Source: an uncultured bacterium (GTDB taxonomy: Bacteria > SAR324 > NAC60-12). From it: a stretch of DNA of 19,023 nucleotides. The stretch is from NCBI GenBank assembly GCA_964010765.1, contig CAXGMD010000067.1, positions 1 through 19,023 of the forward strand. The letters are read 5' to 3'. The position numbers were made by a program, and so were the translations under genes. The notes beneath the pieces are model-generated. The model was not told the origin of the DNA. It worked only from the letters and a program-made list of their open reading frames with translations, and made no database searches. Shown here in pieces: positions 1-8,714 of the stretch. Every line of letters starts with the position of its first letter. The stretch's first letter is position 1.

Positions 1-33
1 AAAAGGATATTGGTTCAACAACCACTTCAATAA
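1..33 (+). CDS. 3' end of an MFS transporter gene entering from outside the window (partial)
   Basis: Reads KRILVQQPLQ* (TAA 31-33), matching the end of the MFS remnant at 214-522 (RRILVQQPL*). The rest of the gene lies outside the window, so intactness is inferred. Confidence 0.45.
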   Translation, partial: KRILVQQPLQ

Positions 34-211
34 AAAAAGAATGAACCCTAATGAGTCTCGTTGCTCTTAACAGAGACATAGAAGTTATAGACGCACATCA
101 TGAAGGCAATTAAACTGATCAATCCCAGATCAAGACGGGGCACTTTATAAACCAAAATTTCAAGGAAAATGCCCAGCGCCATGGTACCTGTAAGGGCTAA
201 CACAAAACGCA
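10..211. repeat. Tandem duplication, copy 1 (partner 502-703, period 492 bp)
   Basis: Manual ungapped alignment to 502-703 gives 15 mismatches in 202 nt (about 93% identity). Weaker similarity extends to position 1. Confidence 0.95.
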
Positions 212-212
212 A
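48..212 (-). pseudogene. Duplicated, probably silent copy of the 54-aa membrane protein gene
   Basis: Frame is open (LRFVLALTGTMALGIFLEILVYKVPRLDLGLISLIAFMMCVYNFYVSVKSNETH*), but ATG has become TTG at the duplication junction, the GGAGAG RBS of the 540-704 copy is absent, and a G>E change falls in the first hydrophobic segment. Confidence 0.55.
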
Positions 213-213
213 G

Positions 214-522
214 GGACAGTTTTTCGTGTCTTACTGGTTAACTCTAATTTTGTTGGGAGTGGACTGGAATTTCATGTTCATTGCCGGCACGACACTATTG
301 GCGGAAACCTATCGGCCCGAGGAGAAGGCACTGGTGCAGGGAGTCAACTAAGTGCTAGTGTTTGGGTCAGCTGCGATTGGTTCACTACTGGCGGGGGTAT
401 TACAGAATCATATCGGCTGGGAGTCACCAAATATAGTTTTGATGACTCCCCCATTTCTTTTGGCGGGATGATTGCTCTGGCTGAAGCGGAAGAGAAGAAT
501 CTTGGTTCAACAACCACTTTAA
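214..522 (+). pseudogene. MFS transporter C-terminal remnant with in-frame stops
   Basis: One frame reads ...LILLGVDWNFMFIAGTTLLAETYRPEEKALVQGVN*VLVFGSAAIGSLLAGVLQNHIGWESPN...LAG*LLWLKRKRRILVQQPL*, resembling the final helices of MFS proteins. Internal stops are TAA 349-351 and TGA 469-471, and the 5' part is missing. Confidence 0.75.
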
Positions 523-703
523 TAAAAAAAGAATGAACCCTAATGAGTCTCGTTGCTCTTAACAGAGACATAGAAGTCATAGACGCACATCATGAAGGCA
601 ATCAAACTGATCAATCCCAAATCAAGACGGGGCACTTTATAAACCAGAATTCCTAGAAAGATGCCCAGCGCCGCAATGCCTGTAATGGCTAACACAAAAC
701 GCA
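502..703. repeat. Tandem duplication, copy 2 (partner 10-211)
   Basis: Same 202-nt block at offset +492. Confidence 0.95.
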
Positions 704-704
704 T
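540..704 (-). CDS. Small hypothetical membrane protein (54 aa, two hydrophobic segments)
   Basis: ATG at 704-702 lies 4 nt after the amidase stop, with GGAGAG upstream. Sequence MRFVLAITGIAALGIFLGILVYKVPRLDLGLISLIAFMMCVYDFYVSVKSNETH. The ORF-track start at 797 overlaps the amidase and is unlikely. Confidence 0.7.
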   Translation of the reverse strand: MRFVLAITGIAALGIFLGILVYKVPRLDLGLISLIAFMMCVYDFYVSVKSNETH

Positions 705-708
705 CTGT

Positions 709-2070
709 TCACTCTCCACTAGAAGATTGATCACGTGCAGTTGTTTCCAACCAGCGTGCAGTTCGTAAGAGCCGGGCTTCTCCTGCTGGAGGTCCAACTA
801 ATTGAACTCCCAAAGGCATTCCCGAAGTCGATTGAAACAGCGGCATGCTTAATACCGGTATCCCACAGAGATTCCACAAATCTTGAAAATGAGTTGATTC
901 CTCAGAATTCCCGCGACACGGTGCTGTTCCCAAAGTAGCAGGAACCACGAAGGCATCGCAGCGCTGGAGGATTTCTTCCAGCCCAGAACGTAAGACCTTG
1001 ATCCAGTCTAAGGCTTCCAAGTACTCATTGGCGCGCACCTCTGCGCCATCAGCTAATATATGCTGAAGAGCCTCACTCAATCTTTCTTTGCCTCGATTCC
1101 AATAGTGTCTTAGTGTTCGGGAAAGCTCTGCCTTAACGATCAGATCATGGGCAGCCAATCCCTCTTCAAATAGTGGTGGTAACACAACACGGAATGCCTG
1201 ATCTCCAAGCACTTCTTCCAGTTCTACTAGCGCTGCCTCGGTTTCCTCATCTAGCTGGGCAAAAGGCAACTCCAGAAAAGCGATGGTCGGCTTGACCGGA
1301 ACATTGCTAAGACAGGTTTCCAGCAATCGTGTTGGGGTGTTCAAGCGTGTGCTGGAATCTTGATCGTCATAGCCATACAGTACATCTCCCAACAACGCCA
1401 AATCCGCCAGAGAGCGACCGAGCAAGCCGACTGTATCCAGAGTCGGCACAAGCGGTAGAATTCCGCGCCGTGAAATACTTCCGTAACTTGGCTGCATTCC
1501 ATAGATGCCACAGTAGGCAGCAGGACGCAATACTGAGCCACAAGATTCTAAGCCGACACCCATTGACGCCAAACCAGCTGCGATTGCGGCTGCGGCACCA
1601 CTCGCGGAGTTTCCAGGGCGGTGTTCCGCACTCGTCGGATGCATGGTTTCGGGTGGAGTAACAACTCCAAGTTCAGAGACCCTCGTTTTCCCCAACAGCA
1701 CTGCTCCACTGGCTTTTAAGCGTTCGGCAACTGCAGAGTCTTTGAATCCTTGTTTTGCTGCATCAAGCTTCGTTCCATTGGTCGTTGGCTGTTGCTGAGT
1801 TTCGATCAGATCAGACAACACGATCGGCAATCCATGAAGTGGTCCAACCGAACGACCACTCAACCGAAACACATCCAGTGCCTGAGCAGCTTCCAGAACC
1901 AGTTTGGGCTCGATTGAGGTAAAGGCCTGTAATTTCGGTTCTACTTCTCCTGCCTCCCGCAATACTAACTCACATATTTCCCGAACCTTTTGGCCTCCTG
2001 CCTGGAGATTACGAAGCAATTCCAGAGTAGCAATACTCTGGAAAAGTGTAGGAACTGTCTCACTTGCCAT
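709..2070 (-). CDS. Amidase signature family protein with degenerate active site
   Basis: Motifs GPLHGLPI, GAVLLGKT, PGNSASGAAAAIAAG, GSVLRPAAYCG and GMPLGVQLVG. The start overlaps the dctM stop. The catalytic Lys position is Ser86. Confidence 0.9.
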   Translation of the reverse strand: MASETVPTLFQSIATLELLRNLQAGGQKVREICELVLREAGEVEPKLQAFTSIEPKLVLEAAQALDVFRLSGRSVGPLHGLPIVLSDLIETQQQPTTNGTKLDAAKQGFKDSAVAERLKASGAVLLGKTRVSELGVVTPPETMHPTSAEHRPGNSASGAAAAIAAGLASMGVGLESCGSVLRPAAYCGIYGMQPSYGSISRRGILPLVPTLDTVGLLGRSLADLALLGDVLYGYDDQDSSTRLNTPTRLLETCLSNVPVKPTIAFLELPFAQLDEETEAALVELEEVLGDQAFRVVLPPLFEEGLAAHDLIVKAELSRTLRHYWNRGKERLSEALQHILADGAEVRANEYLEALDWIKVLRSGLEEILQRCDAFVVPATLGTAPCRGNSEESTHFQDLWNLCGIPVLSMPLFQSTSGMPLGVQLVGPPAGEARLLRTARWLETTARDQSSSGE

Positions 2071-3484
2071 AAAATACTTCTGGTAGGTAGAAGACGATTT
2101 CTGGGAAGACGTAGATCATAAACATGGAGATGAAAACCATTGCTAGAAAGGGCATGCAGCCCGCAAAGATCTCTGTCAATTTGACATGCGGTGGCGCAAT
2201 TCCCTTGAGATAATAGGCTGACATCGCCATTGGTGGTGTGAGGAAAGAGGTCTGTAGGTTAAGCGCAACCAGAATCCCGAAGAATAGCGGATCGATCCCA
2301 AATTGAGGTAGCAGTGGCAGGAAGATGGGGACAAAGATGATGATGATCTCCGACCACTCTAGTGGCCACCCCAACAGGAAAATGATCAACTGAGCTAAAA
2401 GTAAAAATGTTACTGGTGAGAGATCTAGGTGCTCAACAAACTCAGAAATAATCTGCTCACCTCCAAGATATGAAAACACTGAAGAAAAGGTGTACGATCC
2501 AACGAACAGCCAGCAGACCATCGCTGTAGTTCGCATTGTCAGATAAACAGATTCACGCAGCCGCTGCCAAGTCAGTGCTCGGTAAGCGACCGCTAGCAAC
2601 AGACCACCCATTGCCCCCACAGACGCTGCTTCTGATGGAGTCGCCAAACCACCGAGGATTGATCCAAGCACTGCTAGAATCAGTACAGCTAGAGGAAGGA
2701 AAGAAGTCATTAACATCCAGATCACTTTCAGCACTGGTATATCTGGAACTTCATCCTTGCTTGGCTTGGGTGCCATCTCCGGTTGGACTATAGACCGGCC
2801 CACCACATACACCAGATACAGTCCGGCTAACATAAAACCTGGAAATAATGCACCTGCGTAGAGTCGAACAATTGAAGTCCCAGAAGCAGCTGCGTAGACA
2901 ATGAGCATAATCGAAGGTGGAATCAAGATGCCCAGTGTTCCACCAGCACAGATAATCCCGGAAGCGAAACTTGTGTTATAACGGGCCTTAAGCATCGCTG
3001 GGAAAGCTAGTAGTCCCATCAGAGTAACAACAGCGCCAACGATTCCAGTAGCTGTGGCAAAAAGTGCGCAGGTGATCAAGGCTGCGAGGCCCATAGATCC
3101 TGGTAAATTCTTCGCTGAAATATTCAGAGTATAGAAAAGTCTGTCAACTATATTTGCTCGTTCGACAATATAACCCATGAACAGGAACAATGGTACTGCT
3201 GTCAGTACCTCATTTGCCATCACCGTGTAGGTCTGGTTGATAAATAAATCGAATATCCTGCTATTGAAGAAACCCTCAATCCAGGTTTGAAATAGTGTGA
3301 AATCATCCGCATCTTTCCGAATCGCTCGATCAAAAGATCGCCACATTCTGCCTTCGTCAAAGTAGGCATAATAGCCAAACCCTATTCCCATTGCCATCAG
3401 CGTAAAAGCGATAGGGAAGCCAAACATGACTGCTCCAAGGAACAGACCCAACATCAACAGTGCAATTTGCGGATCGGTCATCAT
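2060..3484 (-). CDS. dctM: TRAP transporter large permease subunit
   Basis: Highly hydrophobic 474 aa with AVPLFLFMG, GGTLGILIPPSIMLIVY, ATPSEAA and FLTPP motifs; ATGA overlap with dctQ. Confidence 0.95.
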   Translation of the reverse strand: MMTDPQIALLMLGLFLGAVMFGFPIAFTLMAMGIGFGYYAYFDEGRMWRSFDRAIRKDADDFTLFQTWIEGFFNSRIFDLFINQTYTVMANEVLTAVPLFLFMGYIVERANIVDRLFYTLNISAKNLPGSMGLAALITCALFATATGIVGAVVTLMGLLAFPAMLKARYNTSFASGIICAGGTLGILIPPSIMLIVYAAASGTSIVRLYAGALFPGFMLAGLYLVYVVGRSIVQPEMAPKPSKDEVPDIPVLKVIWMLMTSFLPLAVLILAVLGSILGGLATPSEAASVGAMGGLLLAVAYRALTWQRLRESVYLTMRTTAMVCWLFVGSYTFSSVFSYLGGEQIISEFVEHLDLSPVTFLLLAQLIIFLLGWPLEWSEIIIIFVPIFLPLLPQFGIDPLFFGILVALNLQTSFLTPPMAMSAYYLKGIAPPHVKLTEIFAGCMPFLAMVFISMFMIYVFPEIVFYLPEVFYGK

Positions 3485-4065
3485 TGCTCCTTGTCAGACT
3501 GTTTTCGCTGACGAGCTAGGATTACTTCTGTTTCCTCAACCTCGTCAGTTTCTTTGATTTCGTACCAAGAACCGTGGCGAATGCAGTGAACACATCGCAA
3601 AACTTGGGCGATTCCCTGAATCATCAACAACACACCGGCTAGCACAATGATCGCTTTGAACTGGAAAATTGGAATGCCTGCTGGACTGTTGATACTAACT
3701 TCACCGTACCGGACGGATCGAGCTGCGTACTTGAATCCGGTGATGGAGAGAGCGAGGACTCCTGGGAAAAAAAAGAGAAAATATAGAATTAGATCGACAC
3801 GAGCTTGGGTACTAGGCTTCCAATTACGGTAAAGGAAGTCTCCTCGCACATGTCCATTTTTTCCAAGGGTGTAGGCTCCACCCACCATAAACAATGTTCC
3901 ATACATAATGAAAGAAACATCCAGCGCCCAAGGAGTAGGTGCGTTCAGCACATAGCGAACGAAAACCTCGTAGCTTACTCCAAATGCCATGAACATTATT
4001 AACCAGGCAAAGGCTTTTCCAATCCATGCACTTAAACTGTCAGCAAAATTGATAAATTTGTACAT
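3481..4065 (-). CDS. dctQ: TRAP transporter small permease subunit
   Basis: About four TM segments, with YEVFVRYVLNAPTPWA and GGAYTL..NGHVRGD motifs; lies between dctP and dctM. Confidence 0.95.
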   Translation of the reverse strand: MYKFINFADSLSAWIGKAFAWLIMFMAFGVSYEVFVRYVLNAPTPWALDVSFIMYGTLFMVGGAYTLGKNGHVRGDFLYRNWKPSTQARVDLILYFLFFFPGVLALSITGFKYAARSVRYGEVSINSPAGIPIFQFKAIIVLAGVLLMIQGIAQVLRCVHCIRHGSWYEIKETDEVEETEVILARQRKQSDKEQ

Positions 4066-4102
4066 GGTTCTATCTAAAGAAATAAGAGATAGCGGTGAAT
4101 GG

Positions 4103-4139
4103 CCTGGCCCAAAACTTTAGGACAAAGTTTTGGGCCAGG
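4103..4139 (-). terminator. Perfect 16-bp hairpin between dctP and dctQ (mRNA stabiliser or partial terminator)
   Basis: CCTGGCCCAAAACTTT (4103-4118) and AAAGTTTTGGGCCAGG (4124-4139) with a 5-nt loop. No clear U-tract, so a stabilising role is more likely. Confidence 0.7.
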
Positions 4140-4195
4140 AGGCGGAAAGGTAGGTAAGATTAGCAGTTACTAAAGTGTCTGCTGAAGAGTGTCAA

Positions 4196-5350
4196 CTACA
4201 TTTTTAAGCGGCCAGGGAAATAGTGGTTGTAAGCTGTCACAAGATCTGTGCCGGCCATAATTTCATAATATGAACAACGTTCTACCCAAGCGCGTTGACT
4301 ATCAAGACACTTCTTCATGAAAGGATCTTTCTCGAGTTCGACGATCAGTTCATCCCAAGAATCTAGTTGAGCTGCCAAAATATCTTTAGAGGTACGGTGG
4401 ACCGTAACCCCTTCTTGCTTTTGTAATTCGTCCAAATCCCTTGAATATTGATCCAGTGCAAGCATTGTGTTAGCAGTCGAAGTTGCTTCAACTGAGTGTG
4501 TAAGTATAGCTTGTAGATCTGGGTCCAAATCTTCAAAAAAATCTTTGTTGAAAAGAAACTCGAAAGATTCTGACGCTTGGTGGTACGAGGACAAGTAGTA
4601 ATTCTTGGCTACGTCAGCTGCGCCGAAGCGGCGGTCAGAGGTTGGATTGTTGAATTCAAAAGCGTCAATCACACCACGCTCCATGGCGGGGACAATTTCT
4701 CCGCCCGGCAATTGAGCCACTGACATGCCCATCTTCTGCAACAAGTCTGCTGCTAAACCTACAGTGCGATATTTGAAACCTTTTAAGTCACCACGCTTAC
4801 TGACTTCGCCTTTAAACCATCCGAAAGGTTGTGGGAACATTGGGAATCCCATCATACCTACTACGTTAAGTCCCATTATGTCTTGGGTCAATTCCCTGTA
4901 CAACTCTTGTCCACCACCTTTGTAAAACCAACCCATCATTGTATTCGCGTTTCCACCAAATACAGGACCGGTACCAAATAAAGAAGCAGCTTTATTCTTT
5001 CCGTACCAGTAGACGGGTACGTCGTGACCGGCGTCAAGCACACCGTCATTGACGGCATCCAAAACCTGAAATGCAGCAACAACGGCGCCAGCTGGCAGCA
5101 ACTCGATTTTTAGGCGGCCATTTGACATTGCTTCTACACGATCAACATATTGCTGCGCCATTTCCTGAAAAATTTCAGATGCTGGCCATGAAGTCTGCAT
5201 CTTCATGGTAATAGCTCCGTGTGCTCCCGCATGAACTGCCGGTGCGCCTATTGTAGAAGCAGCCGCAACTGCTCCAACAGCGGCTGTCCCCTTAAGGAAG
5301 GATCTCCGATTCACTTTTTTCAATGCATCTTGTTTCACTAAATCATTCAT
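4196..5350 (-). CDS. dctP: TRAP substrate-binding protein, TakP-like (alpha-keto acid/monocarboxylate type), Tat-exported
   Basis: Twin-arginine signal NRRSFLK; motifs MQTSWP, GRLKIELLPAGAVV, YWYGK and PGGEIVPAMERGVIDAFEF; AGGAGA RBS. Confidence 0.92.
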   Translation of the reverse strand: MNDLVKQDALKKVNRRSFLKGTAAVGAVAAASTIGAPAVHAGAHGAITMKMQTSWPASEIFQEMAQQYVDRVEAMSNGRLKIELLPAGAVVAAFQVLDAVNDGVLDAGHDVPVYWYGKNKAASLFGTGPVFGGNANTMMGWFYKGGGQELYRELTQDIMGLNVVGMMGFPMFPQPFGWFKGEVSKRGDLKGFKYRTVGLAADLLQKMGMSVAQLPGGEIVPAMERGVIDAFEFNNPTSDRRFGAADVAKNYYLSSYHQASESFEFLFNKDFFEDLDPDLQAILTHSVEATSTANTMLALDQYSRDLDELQKQEGVTVHRTSKDILAAQLDSWDELIVELEKDPFMKKCLDSQRAWVERCSYYEIMAGTDLVTAYNHYFPGRLKM

Positions 5351-5873
5351 GTTTTCTCCTATTGCTTACTTGGAAAATAGAAAATTTCCTCGAAAAATCT
5401 TCCCACACACTACTAAAAAATGAGCAGAGTTTTGGAAGTAATGGAATATATATCAAACAAATAGATTTCGAAGTCAAGTCATCATAGTCTAAATTTGTTT
5501 TTGCTCTACAAACCAGATGAACTTAATTGAGTTATAGATGTATGAAAAAATTAGTTATGTTTTAATTCATACTCCATAGTTTTCTTTCATGATAAGAGTT
5601 TTGTCAACTATTTAACTAAGTAATTATTCTAGTAATTCAGTACTTTACCTTTTTATTAAGAATAAATATTTACCTGCAAAACACTGAAAAGCAACTAATT
5701 GCGCATTTAATTGTTAAATTGAAAAAACTTTTTAAATTTAATCTAAAAATCAATTATTTTTCAAATAATTTTGAAGAATTAAATTAATCTTTTTGACAGT
5801 AAAATAGGATAGCTGAGTCATTAGAAACCATTAATCAATTGGTCAAACGATGTCGCAACTAGGTCAAACATAA

Positions 5874-5890
5874 TGAGACAACTTGTCTCA
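5874..5890. promoter_or_regulatory. Perfect palindrome, candidate transcription-factor operator
   Basis: TGAGACAA-C-TTGTCTCA in the 578-nt AT-rich spacer upstream of dctP. The 1-nt centre is too tight for a full RNA hairpin. Confidence 0.35.
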
Positions 5891-5928
5891 GATAAGATTT
5901 TTGAAAGGAGAGGGCTGAGATAGTTTCT

Positions 5929-6273
5929 TCAGGTGCAGGGGAAGTCTTGAGCGAGGATTTCACGTACTAGACTGGCCGCATTGTATCGACGTAATTCGGG
6001 GCGCTCACTCAACATCTTGAGTAATTTTTTAGTTAGAAAAGCGCTTTGAGTATCTGGCGTGACACAGATTTTCGGATCTCGCAGCAATGAGGCTGTATCA
6101 ACGGCTCCAAGGACATAGAACTTAGCAGCTGCTCGTTGCCCCACATCATTTGAATTCAATAAAGCAAATAGTTGCTCTCCAGTCACAAATCGGGCTGCCT
6201 GGCCTGCTGAAAGACTACCCACTACCATAGTAAGAAAAAGTAGCAGTGACAAGGACTGTCTAATAATTGTCAT
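5929..6273 (-). CDS. Rap1a/Tai-immunity-like secreted protein
   Basis: Signal peptide followed by the TGEQL...YVLGAVD...ICVTP...PE....AASLV..IL...FPC pattern of the Rap1a family; ATGA overlap with the cytochrome gene. Confidence 0.7.
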   Translation of the reverse strand: MTIIRQSLSLLLFLTMVVGSLSAGQAARFVTGEQLFALLNSNDVGQRAAAKFYVLGAVDTASLLRDPKICVTPDTQSAFLTKKLLKMLSERPELRRYNAASLVREILAQDFPCT

Positions 6274-6836
6274 GGTCGATAAGCTTGAATCCTTATTGAA
6301 CTGTACCAGCCAATGATTTTTTTAGTTTCTTCATCGCTTAAATGGTTTGCAATTGCGACCATACTGGCGTCTAAGTGCTTACCGCCTTCACGCAACGCCC
6401 TAAGCCTATTCACCAAATAAAATTCTGGTTGCCCAGCTAGTGTGGGGGCTTGTGGATTTCTAGAAATCCCAATTAAGCCATGGCAAGCTGAGCAAGTCTG
6501 TGCTGCTTGCTCATTCTTCGTAGGGTTCCAATAAGTGACTTCTACATCAAGCGAATCATACCAGTCTGCTAGTTCTTGAATTTTACTGTCATCTAGACCT
6601 TGAGAAACAACATTCATAAGTTCGTGTTCCCGATGTCCATCTCGATATAATTTAAGTTGTTTTACTATGTAGTTCGGAGATAAGCCCGCCAGATTAGGGC
6701 TATCAGGTCTGGCAGATATACCGAGGGGACCATGGCACACAGCGCAATGTTTCATAGCGCTGAGCTCCCCACCGTAGTCAGCCAATACATTTTGAGAAAA
6801 GATGATCAGTATTAGCGGCCAGAGATAGAGCAGCAT
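6270..6836 (-). CDS. Dihaem cytochrome c (c4/c553 type)
   Basis: Signal peptide and two repeated domains with CAVCH and CSACH, PNLAG/PTLAG motifs and distal Met ligands (HELMN, DASMV). Confidence 0.93.
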   Translation of the reverse strand: MLLYLWPLILIIFSQNVLADYGGELSAMKHCAVCHGPLGISARPDSPNLAGLSPNYIVKQLKLYRDGHREHELMNVVSQGLDDSKIQELADWYDSLDVEVTYWNPTKNEQAAQTCSACHGLIGISRNPQAPTLAGQPEFYLVNRLRALREGGKHLDASMVAIANHLSDEETKKIIGWYSSIRIQAYRP

Positions 6837-6910
6837 TTGTGCTTATGATTGTAGATGTTTTGGTCCTCACAAAGGGACCCATTCTTTAGCAAAGCTTGAG
6901 CAAGAATCGA

Positions 6911-6940
6911 AGGCTCTCCGAAAAAAATTTCAAAGAGCCT
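6911..6940 (-). terminator. Intergenic hairpin downstream of the dehydrogenase gene
   Basis: Minus-strand RNA AGGCUCUUUGAAA-UUUU-UUUCGGAGAGCCU forms 13 bp including two G-U pairs that work only on this strand. Confidence 0.55.
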
Positions 6941-6959
6941 GCCTTAACAAATGAAAAGA

Positions 6960-8231
6960 TCAGTTACCGTAGCTGATACGGTAGATGGCACCTACGTAGT
7001 CATCGGAAACTAGCATTGACCCATCCTTCATCATCGCCACATCAACTGGGCGGCCTTTATAAATACCAGTTTCATCCAGCCATCCCTCAGCAAATACTTC
7101 GGACTGACCGGCGGTACCATCATCGTTCAAAGGAATGAAGTTGATCAGGGCCCCTGATGGCTCTGTTCGGTTCCAAGAACCATGGGAAGCTACAAATATA
7201 CCACCCCGATACTTGCTTGGAAATTTCTGACCAGTATAAAAAGCCATTCCCAGTTGAGCTTGGTGCGCCGGGAAATTGACCTGTGGAAACACCGCACCGA
7301 CTGGTTCAGCCATATCTGCCAAATCTGGTGCTGCCCCAGATCCAGCAACTTTGTAGTCGCCGTTCCAGTATGGGAAGCCAAAGTGCTCACCAATGGTAGT
7401 TGAACGATTTAGCTCTCCTGGAGGTACGTTATCACCCAATCCATCAACCTGATTATCTGTCCACCATAGTGTGCCATCTGCAGGGTTAAAGCCCATACCT
7501 ACCGAATTGCGGACACCGCGTGAGTAGACCTCTCGTCCACTTCCATCGAAAGGATCTAGACGGATAATTCCACCGATTCCAATCTCATCGTAGTAATCAA
7601 CCTTCGTCGCAGGCTGAACATTGTATGGCTGACCTAAAGTTACATAGAGCTTGCCATCTGGGCCCACTTCACAAGTTCTAGCACCATGATTAAATGATTC
7701 TTCGGACTCCGGAATCAGATTTCCTTGCGAGACCACTTCAATCACAGCAACGTCTGGGCTCTCATAGAAGAACTCTGCCGCTGGAAAATTAAGAATCCGA
7801 TTGTGCTCCACGATGATCAAAAAACCATCTGGTGTGAAACAAACAGCGTTGGGAACTTTTTTGCTAATGGAAGGTGCAAATTCTTTAACTTCGTCAGCGA
7901 TGCTGTCGCCGTTTCGGTCAGTTACGGCCCAGACAGAAGTTTTGCGTGTGCCAACAAATACCATATTAGTGGCAAGCCCCACTGCCATCTCTCGTGCGTC
8001 TGGTACTATCGCGTAAAGTTCAATGTTGAAGCCTGGTGGTAACTTTACCTTTTCCAAGTTAGCTCGAATCGCGTCGGCATTTCGGCCTTCCTGAGGGACA
8101 GTCGGAATATCTAAGCTGATGCCTGTCACTTTCACATTCTTCAGCTTTTCAAGATTGTCCATCGCAAAAGCAGTTCCGCTCAGCGCTAGCAATGCACTGG
8201 TCATCAGTGCAAATGATTTTGAGAATTTCAT
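6960..8231 (-). CDS. PQQ-dependent sugar / L-sorbosone dehydrogenase family beta-propeller protein
   Basis: Signal peptide; motifs KLPPGFNIELYA, GPDGKLYVTLG, GVRNSVG, PPGELN, AHQAQLGM, HGSWNR, GRPVDV and LVSDD..GAIYRISY; divergent from the pqq operon. Confidence 0.92.
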   Translation of the reverse strand: MKFSKSFALMTSALLALSGTAFAMDNLEKLKNVKVTGISLDIPTVPQEGRNADAIRANLEKVKLPPGFNIELYAIVPDAREMAVGLATNMVFVGTRKTSVWAVTDRNGDSIADEVKEFAPSISKKVPNAVCFTPDGFLIIVEHNRILNFPAAEFFYESPDVAVIEVVSQGNLIPESEESFNHGARTCEVGPDGKLYVTLGQPYNVQPATKVDYYDEIGIGGIIRLDPFDGSGREVYSRGVRNSVGMGFNPADGTLWWTDNQVDGLGDNVPPGELNRSTTIGEHFGFPYWNGDYKVAGSGAAPDLADMAEPVGAVFPQVNFPAHQAQLGMAFYTGQKFPSKYRGGIFVASHGSWNRTEPSGALINFIPLNDDGTAGQSEVFAEGWLDETGIYKGRPVDVAMMKDGSMLVSDDYVGAIYRISYGN

Positions 8232-8598
8232 GTTGTCCTCGGGAAATGGAGGGTTAATTCATCAGCCTAATTGAAACAGAATTCGTGAGAGGCTATGCGT
8301 TAGATCTCAGGAAATTCCTAAATTGGCTGCCAGCATATAAAGAGGATACTGTGGTATTATGTCAAACCCTTTTTTTTTAGGACTTCAAACACTAATTATA
8401 AACAACTGATTATAAAAGAAAAAACTTTTTTAAGTTTTGGGTTTCAAAAGCCAAAAGATTTGTGATCGTAAAAAAAGTTATAGACTTTCGTCTATTTGTT
8501 TTTTAGCTTCTCCCCACAGTCTGCTCTCGTATGGACTGGACCAATGGCCACAAGTAACTATTGGTAAACTTTTTTCAACATCTCGACAGGAGACAAAC

Positions 8599-8679
8599 AT
8601 GAAGACTTGGAAAGCACCGAAAGTACGTGAAATTGCTGTAGGCATGGAAATCAACTGCTACGCTTGCGCCAAGCTCTGA
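8599..8679 (+). CDS. pqqA: PQQ precursor peptide
   Basis: MKTWKAPKVREIAVGMEINCYACAKL (26 aa) with W-x-x-P leader and E-x-x-x-Y core; CAGGAGA RBS; directly before pqqB. The true start is 8599, not the track's 8437. Confidence 0.95.
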   Translation: MKTWKAPKVREIAVGMEINCYACAKL

Positions 8680-8714
8680 TGGTTTTAACCTCCTCCTGCT
8701 AAAGAATCTTAACG

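Noticed and set aside
169..351. 60-aa ORF from the track
   Set aside because: A chimera of antisense small-gene sequence and the MFS remnant across the duplication junction.
8437..8598. N-terminal extension of pqqA (80-aa ORF)
   Set aside because: A strong RBS and ATG at 8599 give a normal-length PqqA.
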